DNA of 64,000 bases from Acanthaster planci (Eukaryota), in NCBI RefSeq assembly GCF_001949145.1, contig NW_019091360.1:3470864-3534863 (forward strand), in the 5' to 3' direction. The translations under genes and the position numbers were made by a program. Below, piece after piece: positions 14,601-25,885 of the stretch. Position 1 is the first letter of the stretch. Each line of letters opens with the position of its first letter. The notes under the pieces were generated by a model that was given only the letters and a program-made list of their open reading frames with translations, was not told the origin of the DNA and ran no database searches.

Positions 14601-15364
14601 AGACGATAATAATGATTATGCAAAAAGCGTTTTTAAGACTTCGATGATTAGAAGATATTCCAGTGGTAACACTTTTTCCTTGAAGTTAATCAACTCTTCA
14701 TAGGTTTGTCCAATTATAGGGTCTACAAGTTTAGAACTTGCAGTGAATTTTTTTTTCTTGATAAAAATGTGAATGTAATCATTTCTTCTTGGAAGTTCGT
14801 GCAGTCGCAGCGATCGGAAGTACATCGGTCCAAAATAGTTATATGAAGATGTGTAAGGTGCTTTAATGTTTGTTGCTGCTTTGAGACATTTTGCCCGTCG
14901 GAGGGGGGGGGGTCGCTACTTACTCGTGGTTACCCCCTTCATTCAGCTCTGGTATTGAATACGACCTTTCCTCCACCGATCCTTAAGCCTTATAGAATTA
15001 CCTCGAACGTACAGACACCGAGACACACATGCGGGATCATTTGGGTTTCGCCTGACTGTACACTTGGCCCAAACTACATGTACATGTAGGCCTATGTCCT
15101 TGAACCAAAGTGCAGTACGTATAGTCTGTGTGCAAACATCGGTTATACAAACGTGAACGCACGCAGCCCGTGCGCAGTCATATTCTGCATGGATACTTCA
15201 TATCAATGTTTTCTTCGACAAAATTTATAGTTTCAAATGCCCAGCAAGATGTGCCAACCCCGACTCTCTATATGTAGGGTAAGTGCTCACGCCAACTTCA
15301 GAAGTCGTTGAAGCAGAATTACACTTGCGACGAACAAGACTGCCTTGACGATGAAACCCGCCAT
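11683..15364 (-). CDS. PON-like: Paraoxonase-family protein, copy B, 9 exons, 360 aa
   Basis: Exons 15291-15364, 14497-14567, 14181-14236, 13827-13995, 13099-13228, 12791-12985, 12598-12688, 12072-12200, 11683-11850. Total 1083 nt, open frame, TAG stop. Intron 7 has a GC donor (AAG|GCAAGT). Motifs GSEDI, PNDVIA..FYATND, ANGINRSPDG, VDNINVD..LWLGCH, LKGSSVASVY. Confidence 0.94.
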
Positions 15365-16690
15365 GTTGGTTGGTTCAGATGAAAGATAAACTTGGCATAA
15401 ATTTTATTACGGAGCTGTAATCATTGAAATGCACACCGAGGCAAAACTTGACACGAGTCATCCGTGCGGAAATGTGCATTGTGAATCAGGATGCTTGTGG
15501 AAGCGTCCGTTCGGGCCTTTGCAAATGGAGTCCGTGGTACCCATGGCACTGAGACGGACAAAGTTCGACCTTGATCGCCAATCTCAACAGTTCATCAGAC
15601 ATTACTGAACTGATATGACCATTTGTTAACATTTAACCTACTGCAGATTCACAGGTGTATTCAGAACAAACTTGTTCCGGGGGCCAAATTTGAGGCTATA
15701 TTTTGAGGCGTATCGCGTGCTTTTTGAAGGAAGTGAAATGAACCCCCTCCCTCTAAAATCTCCCGTTTTCTCGCATTTGTCTTTTTTTTTGGGGGGGTGG
15801 CCCCATTATACCCTCCGCTCCTGATTGAATTCAGTCTTCAATTTCAGAATTATCAATAAATTCATTCTGAAGATGAGAATTATTTATGGATCTATCTGCG
15901 TGAATCATAAAAACTCCCAATTCGGGCCTTTTGTATTCACCAATAAATTTGAAGAAATGTTGCCGAAACTGATTATCTCCCATATGAATTAACCCACTTC
16001 ATTTTTAATGTTGAACCTGTTCTCGTTTCGTTTGAAACAAATGACAAGTTTATTATTATCCCCAATCATCAGTTTTTATAATATAATATTAATTGTCATC
16101 TATCTTCTAATGCTTGCTTTTATTTCTGTTCCATTCCAACCGACGAATAACAAAACACCCAGTTAGCGACCAGATTTGTTCAATTATAATTTGGCCTTCA
16201 AAGAGCCGGGTTATTTTGGCCCATCTCACACCCGGGGTAGGGGCAGGGGGCGGACTCCCACCAACAAGAACTCGGCTGTGGCAAGTTTAATTTTTTTTTT
16301 TAACTTCGTACGCATGTACAGACACTCCTTATCCGTTATCATTACAACTGAGAAGTTTGAATTCAATCAGACGTAGGTTTTGTAGTTACGGTCGTTTGAA
16401 TTTTCAAGGTTACATGCGTGCCAGCGCAGCCTGAATGGCAGCCTGAAAATAGTACTTCGATCTTTGTTCGCTACTTTGTGAGGTTACTCCACAACGTTTT
16501 ACAAAGAAATTTACTCCATGTAAATTTCATTGACAAGAATGATAGCCAGACTGCCCCGCAGGTGCACCGACCTCTATTCATATATTTAGCTTCGTGACCT
16601 GTGATTTATCGACCACAAATGTATTTAATGTTGCTGAATTCGGAAAACTAGATTGTACAACAACTGTCTTTAGACACTTGAAGTACTTAC

Positions 16691-16764
16691 GCTAGTCTCA
16701 GCAGCCGTTGAAGCAGAACCACACCTATGACGAACAAGACTGCCTTGACGATGAAACCCGCCAT
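16691..16764 (-). CDS. Extra PON exon 1 (ATG plus signal/anchor helix): alternative first exon of copy B, or a duplication remnant
   Basis: 74 nt encoding MAGFIVKAVLFVIGVVLLQRLLRL(A), intact GTAAGT donor in the same phase as the other exon 1 copies. No exon 2 lies between it and B exon 1. Confidence 0.75.
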
Positions 16765-17059
16765 GTTGATTGGTAAAAGTTAAAAGGTGTGGATACCTCG
16801 GAGTTTATTGTGGATCATCAATGATGGAACTGTACATTGTACTTACCGAGGCAAAATGTGTCGGAAGTAATGTATGCGGTAGTATGTATTGTGATCAGGA
16901 GTGCCCTTTGGAATCAGTGATCTGTAATTTACGTGAAAGTTCAACCTTGATCGTGTATCTCAACTGTGCGTCAGCCACATGAAGTATAGTTGTGACCCCT
17001 GGCTGCATTCTTCCAGTTCTAGTGCGCAAGTACGTGAGCATTAAATTGAATATTCATGA

Positions 17060-17460
17060 CTAAAGCACATGGCGGCTGCTTTAATACACCAAACGCGACC
17101 TGAAAGTGAGGTTACGTGAAGACAAGGCACTACTTGAAACGAGAGGCCCTGTGGTGTAACATTGCAATACATGTAAATACACGAGATCAGATTTATGGCG
17201 GGAATCATGTACAGAGCCCTTAACAACAACAATGAACAGAACGGATGCCTTAACCATGTTCTTCGACACCTAAGAGATGGAACGCCAAGACATAGGACAC
17301 TTCAACTATCGGGAGATCGATTACAAGACCATGTAAGCAGGATCAAGCAAATCTGAGGCATTCTCGACGTTGTGCTGGATAATTTATGGTCCTGACATGT
17401 TACCCAACCAACAAGACAAGATGAAATTCTTGCCTCGCTTTCAACCCCGACATGACAGAA
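17060..17460 (+). mobile_element. Degenerate CR1/L2-clade LINE endonuclease fragment
   Basis: Ordered motifs with stops and frameshifts: HGGC, EALWCNI, GIMYR, IGHFNYREIDY (GDFN motif), DVVLDNLW, HVTQPTRQDEIL (QhV.qPTR..ILD motif). Confidence 0.7.
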
Positions 17461-17776
17461 GAAGTGGAGATGACGACACACCTGAGGCAGTTTACACATT
17501 TTAATACTTCTTTGCTCCATTTTTGAAAGCTACCTGCTTCAAGTATACATAATGCCCACGTGGTTGATATCTACTGTAACTCACTAGAGGTCTCGTTTAT
17601 TTCTCTGTTAAATCAATAATTTAAACTCGATGAGATCATTTGTTCAGTAGACCCATAAGGAGATTCAAGTGCACTTAATGAGGTAGGTCAAGTCTTCATG
17701 CATACTTCTTTCCTAGCACCACTAAAACGTATCTATAGCCACTCATTTATCTTTTAGCCAACATAAATTGCGAAAC

Positions 17777-17782
17777 TTTATT
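17777..17782 (-). terminator. Probable poly(A) signal AATAAA of PON C
   Basis: TTTATT on the plus strand in a 3'UTR that aligns with that of copy B. Confidence 0.55.
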
Positions 17783-18065
17783 GCAGAGGTATACGTCAAA
17801 CATTCCAGCATTTCTCTTTAATAATCGGTACTTTAATATTTTGAGGTAGTTAAACTTCTTGTGCCTTATTCTTAGATGACAGCGTCATCTTATTTTAGTA
17901 TTCACCCGCAATCGTTGTCAGAAAATATAATTTACGTATACTTTTGCTTATAAAAACATGTTAATTCGGCAATAAACTCAAAGAAGACTTCGTGGGTAAA
18001 CAGGTATTAGTAACCTTTAACAGTGTCACTTATTATAACAATCAAGCCTCCATCTGCGCTCTTTT

Positions 18066-21000
18066 CTAGAACGCAAGGAGATCACACATCATCATCTGAT
18101 TGCCAACTGTTCCGACCAGCATTTTCTGACCGTAGACACTGGCCACACTGGAGCCTTTGAGCAGCGTGCCGTCGTCGGCGAGCACCTCTCGGATCTCGGG
18201 GTTCAGTTCTGCATCGAAGCGCACCCATAAGACCTGTGAAATGATAGAACATGAATGATGATTGATTATTGAATGATGATGACAATGTGCAATAATTGCC
18301 CAAGTAAAGTTATTCGAAGATATCTCAATATATTCAGTTAACCATAAAATCAACGATAGATACTCATGTTTATCAGGACGCCCCCTTTCCTGACGTGTTC
18401 AGTTCTGAAGTCCACAATGTGGAGTCGCTGATTTGCTGGTAACCGCTTACCTGAGTGGTTCCCGTCCACCTATCTCCAGTCAGTAGATCAAATTTATGGA
18501 GAAGGTACTGACATCCCAGCCACAAGTCTCCTTTACTGTCAACATTGATGTTGTCAACTGACGTGTGCATGTAGATTTTCTGGGAAAACATTGCATGCAA
18601 AGATATCGACTTTAAAGAGAATGTTTTGCCGATATCGATTATTGACTGTCAATACTATCATCGTTTTTATATTGAAAGATTATTCAGCCCTTGTTTTTAT
18701 TTCAATATTCACGGAACAGAGAATTATTCACACGGCATATTTAATCATTGTGTATCAGCGTGACACTCAGTGTTCATATTGTTATTTCCATTTGCAAAAG
18801 GCCCTTTTTACAAGTTACAAATGTATGGATACAGTTGCATCGCATAAATGATAAGCATCACTTCAATGAAGTGTTTGTATTTTTTTCCTGATTTTAACTT
18901 GCCTTTCGGAGCTCTAGTGAACCGCGACGGTCCTTCGGGTTTCTTTCAAAAACACTGATCTCAGCATCCATTACGGCAGAAACATAGATGAACCTGCGCC
19001 ACGCAATACAGGGAAAAGATACCTTAACATTAGATCAAGATCAAGCGAGAACAGTCATTCGTTTTCACCTCTACAGACTTGGTTGTAAATTTTTTTTAAA
19101 CGTCATATTACCTTCCATCAGGTGATCGGTTGATACCATCGGCATAGGCGAACCCACTGGCCACTTGCTCGGTCTTGGAACCGTCGTAGTAAGCCACTGT
19201 TCCCGTCGGTAGGGCTAAGGAAACCTCCAGAAGCCCCAAGCGACCCAGGCGAAGATCGTTGGTGACGTAAAACGTATCGGCACTCGTAGCTACCACGTCA
19301 TTGGGTCTAGGAATATAAATGAAATGACCTGTCAAGAAGTGGCAGTCGGTTATTTCCATTCGGTGACTCATACCATTCAAAACCGTATTATAAAAGTCGA
19401 GCTTACGCAAAAATGTTGTCGTCTATAACCGTCTTCCGATGGTGCAGCGTTTCAGAACTGTGGTCGTAATCAAACAATTCGACCGACTGTGTTCTTGGGG
19501 GCAGTGGTTTATGGACCACAAACAAGGTGACTTTGCCTGACAGAAAGAACAAAACCCAAAATTTATTTCATGCAGTTAAAACCTTAATTAACTTACGGAC
19601 AAAAAAATTCTTTGTAAAACTTGAATCTTTTGGGAACCATAATTTAGACTTCTTTCTCGGGGTGTCCAACTTTAATGCAACAATCATGTCTGGTGGTTAT
19701 TTACCAACAGACGTTCTGGAATAGTTTACGACGTAAATCAGTGCCTGTGAATCTGAAAGGTAAATGTTCTCATGGTTTATACGTCCTCTCGTTTATTGGT
19801 CTATTTGATGCTTTCCCTCCGTTGATTGGTGAAAGATGTTTTGAGGCCGCTAGAAGCCACTCCCTTATTCTCATTGTTCTCCCGCCGTTCAACCCATATG
19901 GCCCAAAAATGGTTTATCATTTATTTTTGTTCTTTCGTTTTGGATGATATTGAAATTTAAAACATAAAATACCCGTTTGGGGGTCCTCCCAGGCGCTTGT
20001 TCCAACCGGTTGCATGGCCGTCTTGTTGAAGGAGCTCCCCGTAATCTTTACTTCCTTCACGGCGTCGTCCGGTTTGTTAAAGTCAAAGATGTAAATACGG
20101 CCTTGGATGGAGTTTATATGAGCCTCAGTGAGGGCCACGCCCTAACATTAAATGGGTTTGGGTAGTATTATTTAAAAAAAATGTGCATAGATCTCCTGTC
20201 CAGGTTGGCATTGGTTCGGAACAATCGCATGCTGATTCAACTGGAAGTTTGATGAAGTTTTACAATCTTGTCGTTGTTTTATTTTACCAAGACAACATTT
20301 AACTTATCATGAGGTAACAACATATCAAGAGAACCTACCGATGTGATAAAGGCGATGCCGTTCGACAACGTTGTTATATCTTCGGAGCCAACATCTGTCG
20401 ATTTACGAGGGAATGACTAATGTCGGTTATTGTGTTCCTGAGTTATTCTAAACAAATCCTCGGGGATATGAAAATTGCAGGACTTGACAAGAATGTGAAT
20501 GAAGAAAGAAAAGTGTCTCTGGAAACAGATTACAACCCACTTTTCCTCGTTCAACAACCGGATGCTATCACTGCGTCATCTCATCATCTTATTATGATTA
20601 CTTGCGATGTCTTAGACATGAACATGTTCACCCAGACATCATAAGGCAACACGTTCTTGATGCATTACTCACCTATTCCGGGGACAATGTGACAGGGACC
20701 TGGTGTGTGATTGAACATGTGTCTATGTACTCCCATGATGATTCTAGAGGAAGTGGTGAAGAAATTATGATCAAATAATGATTACAATCAGTGTGTTTAC
20801 GACATTCATTTTTTGGCTAGAGGTTCCAGTAGGGACACTTTTTCCTCAAATGTTAATCAACTCTCCTTAGGTTTGCCAAAGTAAAGGGTCTACACGTTTA
20901 TAACTTGCAGTGTTTTTCTTGTTTGTTTTTTGTTTTTTCGTACAGCGTACAAAGATGTTTAAAGTGATCAATGTTTGTTGCTGCTTTGAGACATTTTGCC

Positions 21001-21626
21001 CGTGGGGGGGGGGTCGCTAAGTTACTCGTGGTTACCCCCTTCATTCAGCTCTGGTATTGAATACGACCTTCCCTTCACCGATCCTTCAACCTGATATAAT
21101 ATCTGTAGAGTAAAGACACCGAGACACGCTTGCGGGGTCATATGAGTTACGCTTAAATGTGCGCTTGGACCAAGCTGTATATGAAGGCCAGCCAGCCAGC
21201 CAGCCAGCCAGCCAATGTGTCACACAGATACATCAAAAGATGGGTGCAACAGAGGATGGAGGGGTGAGTTACAAAATGGCCTTTCTCTGTGTAGGCTAAT
21301 ACTTTGAACCGCCGTTGCCGTTCTTGACACACACACACAGGTACACGTCGTGTGGGTCCTAATCATTATTCGAGATACTTCATATAAATTTCTTTGACAA
21401 TAATGATAGCGAGATTGCAGGTACACGGACTCCACCTCTCTTCAAGTTAGCTTGATGAGTTCTGATTATCGTCAAATCGTCTGTTCATGTTCCTGTATTT
21501 AGCTCGGAAAACTAGACTGAACAAAAATGGTCGTTACAGTGAAAGTGCTTACGCTAGTTTCATCAGCCGTTGAAGCAGAACCACACCTATGACGAACAGG
21601 ACTGCCTTGACGATGAAACCCGCCAT
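18066..21626 (-). CDS. PON-like: Paraoxonase-family protein, copy C, 9 exons, 360 aa
   Basis: Exons 21553-21626, 20673-20743, 20339-20394, 19973-20141, 19407-19536, 19112-19306, 18903-18993, 18451-18579, 18066-18233. Total 1083 nt, open frame, same exon sizes as copy B, GC donor at intron 7. Confidence 0.94.
21188..21213. repeat. (CCAG)n microsatellite in PON C intron 1
   Basis: About six CCAG units, read directly. Confidence 0.9.
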
Positions 21627-21995
21627 ATTGTTTGGGTCAGATCTTAGATGAATACCTCAGAATTTATGGTGGAGCTTCAATAATGGAACTGTATTCATTA
21701 CAGGGCAAAATGTGTCACAAGTAGCGCATGCAGAAGTAGGCCCTCGTGTGTTGTGATTCAGTCAGTAGGGGTGTACTGAACCATTCAAGAATTCAAGCTC
21801 CATTGAAAAGAGTGTAAAATCAACCAAGTTTGGAGTCCCATGGCAGGCAACTGAAGTCCCAGAGGCATCTCAAACAAAGAACAATGTGTTGTTTGGTCCT
21901 TCAGATTTCATTTGAATTTCAATTTTTAGTAGGTTAACCAATGAATTTTTTAATTATCCGCCCAAAACAAACTCACCCCCCAAAAGTGAATGTTG

Positions 21996-22091
21996 NNNNN
22001 NNNNNNNNNNNNNNNNNNNNNNNNNNNNNNNNNNNNNNNNNNNNNNNNNNNNNNNNNNNNNNNNNNNNNNNNNNNNNNNNNNNNNNNNNNN
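21996..22091. other. Assembly gap (96 N)
   Basis: Run of N. Confidence 1.
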
Positions 22092-22989
22092 TGGCCCAAA
22101 CAGACCCCTCTTTTCGAAACAATATCTGGGGGGTACTTTTTGTGCGCCTCCGCCTGCGGAGAATTTTCCTTGAATTGGGACACTGCATCCTGTAGTCTGT
22201 AATGACATACACTTTAACCTTGACTGTAAACCTCAACAGCCTAGAGTGCGTCGGCCACATAAAAGTTATTTTTCTTTTCTTCATTACTCAACAGGTGCTT
22301 TGCTGGAGTGCACTCTTACGTGTTACACAACGCATTGCAACACTGCAGTATACATTGCGGGAGTCGGTTCACTCTCGGTTGAGAAGCTGTGCCCCGCTTT
22401 CCCTCAATCCGCCCGTCATGTCCCCACAAACAAGCCAGTGACAGGATTCTTTATTACAGACTTGATCGAAAAAGGGGGCATGATCCCCGTCCAACGCCCA
22501 GGTCGCTCCCACGGTTCCTCCACAAGCTGGGGTGGCTACTGAGTGCTGAACTGCAAAGTTCACACTGACGTTGGGCGCCGAACTAGTCTAAGAATCCCCC
22601 GACTTTACATATTCAAGTTCTTTATGAATATTTGGATCACACGTGCTTGTTTGTTTCTAGATTGAAGTTTTATCTTGGGTTAGCCCCTCACGGCATTAAC
22701 ACAAAAGAAAAAATTGCCACAGAAAGCACAGTTGGCGGCTTTGCTGACCTATGTCCACACCGTTTGCAGGTACAGAAAGCCGAGTTTGGACGCTTTCTTG
22801 GTTTCAATATCATCCCATTTCTGGGTACCAGAAGCAAATCTGGTTACTTTGTCGGTTTCATGCCCACCCCATTTGCGGGTATCGAAAGCAACTTTGCTGC
22901 TTCTTCTTCTTCTCCTAAATTCCAGATAAATGGATGGAGCTGTCCGACAGCATCAGCGACCCCAACCTGCGACACGTCGTCCTCAATGA

Positions 22990-23589
22990 TCTTCTCCCGA
23001 CGCTACTCACGTCAGCATGAGCGCCATTCACGACGAAAAAATATCGCTTCCCGGATAGGAGAAAGTGGGAGTTGTGGGCATCCTCCCAGACCGGGGTGCC
23101 AGTCTTTCCAATAGAGCCGCTTGATGATTTCGCCCTGTACATTATCTTCATTCTTCCCAAATATGCAAAAAATCTGCAGCAGTCTTCGCATCAGCCGCAG
23201 TCAACTGGGTTCATAGTTTAACTGGAGTATCATCACCTACAGATAGCCTGTTGGTCAAGATGGCACTACAAGGCTACAGGAGGTTAACAGCATCAACTCC
23301 ACTGAGAAAAGAGCCTGTAACATCCGAGAAAATGGCAAGCTTGTACAGAGCGTACGGGCACTCCGATGCATGGGGCTGGATGACCTACGAATACTATTCA
23401 CTTGCTTTATTTGCTACGCTGGTTTCCTACTTTTTAGCAACATTAGCAATATCCGGAGGACAGGCTAATCACCTATTTAACCAAGTCAAAAACTGACCAG
23501 TACCGCCCAGGTAGTGATATCACTATTGGTAGAAGATTTAAACCATCCTGCCTGGTGATAAATGCCGAACGATACTTCCCAGCCATGGG
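22990..23589 (+). mobile_element. Degenerate tyrosine-recombinase ORF of a DIRS/Ngaro-type retrotransposon
   Basis: Frameshifted pieces TTKKYRFPDRRKWELWA..PVFPIEPLDDFALYI, SAAVNWVHSLTGVSSPTDSLLVKMALQGYRRL..RKEPVT, DLRILFTCFICYAGFL and KSKTDQYRPGSDITIGR..SCLV..ERYF. These are typical of the SAM-like and catalytic N-terminal parts of DIRS-type recombinases. The element probably extends left to about 22400. Confidence 0.8.
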
Positions 23590-25240
23590 ATTCTGGGTTC
23601 AGTTCTGCATCGAAGCGCACCCTTAAGACCTGTGAAATGATATAGAATGAACAACATGCAGTTATTGTCAATGTACAGTTCGCCGATTTCGTAATACTTT
23701 CATCATAACATATTAAAGTCAACAGTAGATACACACGTAAATGGATTAGGAATTTGCCCCCTCTTTAATGCTTTTAGCTCTAAGTCTACAATATCGAGTC
23801 GCTAATTAGCTGGTAACCGCTCACCTGAGTGGTTCCCGTCCACCTATCTCCAGTCAGTAGGTCGTATTTATAGAGCAGGTAATTACTTCCCAGCCACAGG
23901 CCTCCTTTATTGTCAACATTGATGTTGTCAACTGACGTGTGCATGTTGATTTTCTGGGAAACATTGTACAAAAGATGTCGAATTTTAAAATTTTGCTTAA
24001 CCTTTCTGGGCGTGTATCATTAGTGTATATAAGGAATTGCTGATATTGATTATAGACTGCCAGTACTATCATCGCTTTTCTGTTGATCGATTATTCAGTC
24101 CTTGTTTTTGATTCACGAGATAGAGAATTATTCACAAGACAATGCATTCATTGTGTATAAGTGTGACACTCAGCGTTCGTTTTGTTACTCGTTCCTCTTG
24201 CCCATTCGCAAAAGGGCCGTTACAAAAGTTGGGGAGTCAGGTTGGTGTAGAGGCTCTTCCCTTGCCTTACTCCACTGCGACCCGGGTTCGAATCCCACCT
24301 AGGTCAGCATGTGGATTGGGTTTTCAGTCCCTGCCTGACTCCATGGGTTTTCCGTGGCATATTTATTGTGGATTTTCCCCCACCTCTAAAACTGAACATT
24401 TCTTCATTGTCTTCTTAATTATAACTTTGTCCTGTAATTGGCGCTAAATGCGCTGTTGAATGAACAGATAAATAAATAAAAGTTGCAAATGTATAGATAC
24501 TGTTGCACCGCATAAATGATAAACATCACTTCAATGACATGTTTGTGTTTTTCAGATTTGAACTTGGCTTTCGGAGCTCCAATGAACCGCGAGTGTCCTT
24601 CGGATTTCTCTCAAAAACTAAGAGTTCAGCATCCATTAAACCCAACACGTAGATGAACCTACAGCGAACCTACAGATGAACCTACAGAATGGGGAAAAGA
24701 AACCTTAACATTAGTTAAAGATAAGCGAGAACAGACATTTATATTCCCCGCTATATACGGACTTGGTTTTAATCATTTTCTTTGCTCATTACACCAGTTT
24801 ATCTTCCATCAGGTGATCGGTTGATACTATCAGCATAGGCGAACCCACTGGCTACTTGCTCGGTCTTGGAACCGTCGTAGTAAGCCACTGTTCCCGTCGG
24901 TAGGCTTAGAGCGACCTCCAGAAGCCCAAAGCGACCCAGGCGAAGATCGTTGGTGACGTAAAACGTCTAGGCACTCATAGCTTTCACATCATTGGGTCTA
25001 GGAATGATGAATGAAATGACCTGCCAAGAAGTAGCAGTCTGTAATTTCTGTTCGGTGACTCGTGCAATTCAAGACCATCAATAAATAGGGTGAAAACAAA
25101 TCGGGCTTACGCAAAAATGTTGTCGTCAATAACCGTCTTCCGATGGTGCAGCGTTTCAGAATTGTGGTCATAATCAAACACTTCAATGGACTGCGTTCTT
25201 GGGGGCAGTGGCTTATGGACCACAAACAAAGTGACTATGC
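23590..25240 (-). pseudogene. PON-like: Paraoxonase pseudogene, copy D (exons 5-8 and the start of exon 9)
   Basis: Exon homologues 25111-25240, 24803-24997, 24568-24658, 23825-23953 and about 23590-23629. In-frame TAG at 24967-24969. Intron 6 donor is AT instead of GT (24801-24802), intron 7 donor is CC instead of GC (24566-24567). Exon 9 is cut after VLRVRFDAELNPE and exons 1-4 are absent. Confidence 0.92.
24231..24477 (+). mobile_element. tRNA-derived SINE in PON D intron 7, with target-site duplication
   Basis: A box TGGTGTAGAGG, B box GGTTCGAATCC, (TAAA)n tail, flanked by AAAAGTT at 24224-24230 and 24478-24484. The empty site is visible in copy C near 18810. Confidence 0.88.
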
Positions 25241-25885
25241 CTGATAGAAAGGAAAAAACTTAAATTATTTCATGTAGTTAAAACCTTTTCCCGTCAAATC
25301 AGGGACGGAAACTTCATTGTAAAAATGAAGTCTATTGAGAACCACCAGTTAGAGCTCTTTCTTAGGGTGTACCAACAGTGAAGCAGCGCATGCAAACCCG
25401 AGAGGTAAATGTTTTTATGGTTTATACGTCCGTTTGTTTATTGGTTTATTGGATGCTTTCCACCCGTTGATTGGTGGAAGAATGTACAGAGGCTGCCAGA
25501 TCAGAAATTCGGTCTTCATTTACAGAATTATCAATAAATTCTTTCTGAAAAAGAGAAGTATTTATGGATCTATCTGCTTGAATCATTAAAGCCCCCTTCA
25601 GGCCTTTTTTATGAACTCATGAAGTTACAGAAATTTTTCCCCAAACTGATTAACTCCCAGATCAGTTTAACTCACTATATTTTTAATATTGTACCTGTTC
25701 TCGTTTCACTTGAAATCCAGAGAACAAAGAACAAGTTTGTTTTCCACGATCATTCGTTTTTTGTAACAATATTAATTGTCAGATGTTTTCGAGTGCTTGC
25801 TTTTATTTCTATTTCATTCTAACTGACAAAAGTAGAAACGCTCGGTAAGTGACCAAAGTTCACCGCGTCCCTGGGAATTTCAACT

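Noticed and set aside
11683..21626. B and C as mis-assembled alleles
   Set aside because: They are contiguous with no gap between them, and their introns have many indels and non-alignable blocks. Not formally excluded without long reads.
22632..23114. 160-aa plus-strand ORF as a host gene
   Set aside because: Lies within the decayed tyrosine-recombinase element and has no splice structure or recognisable intact domain.
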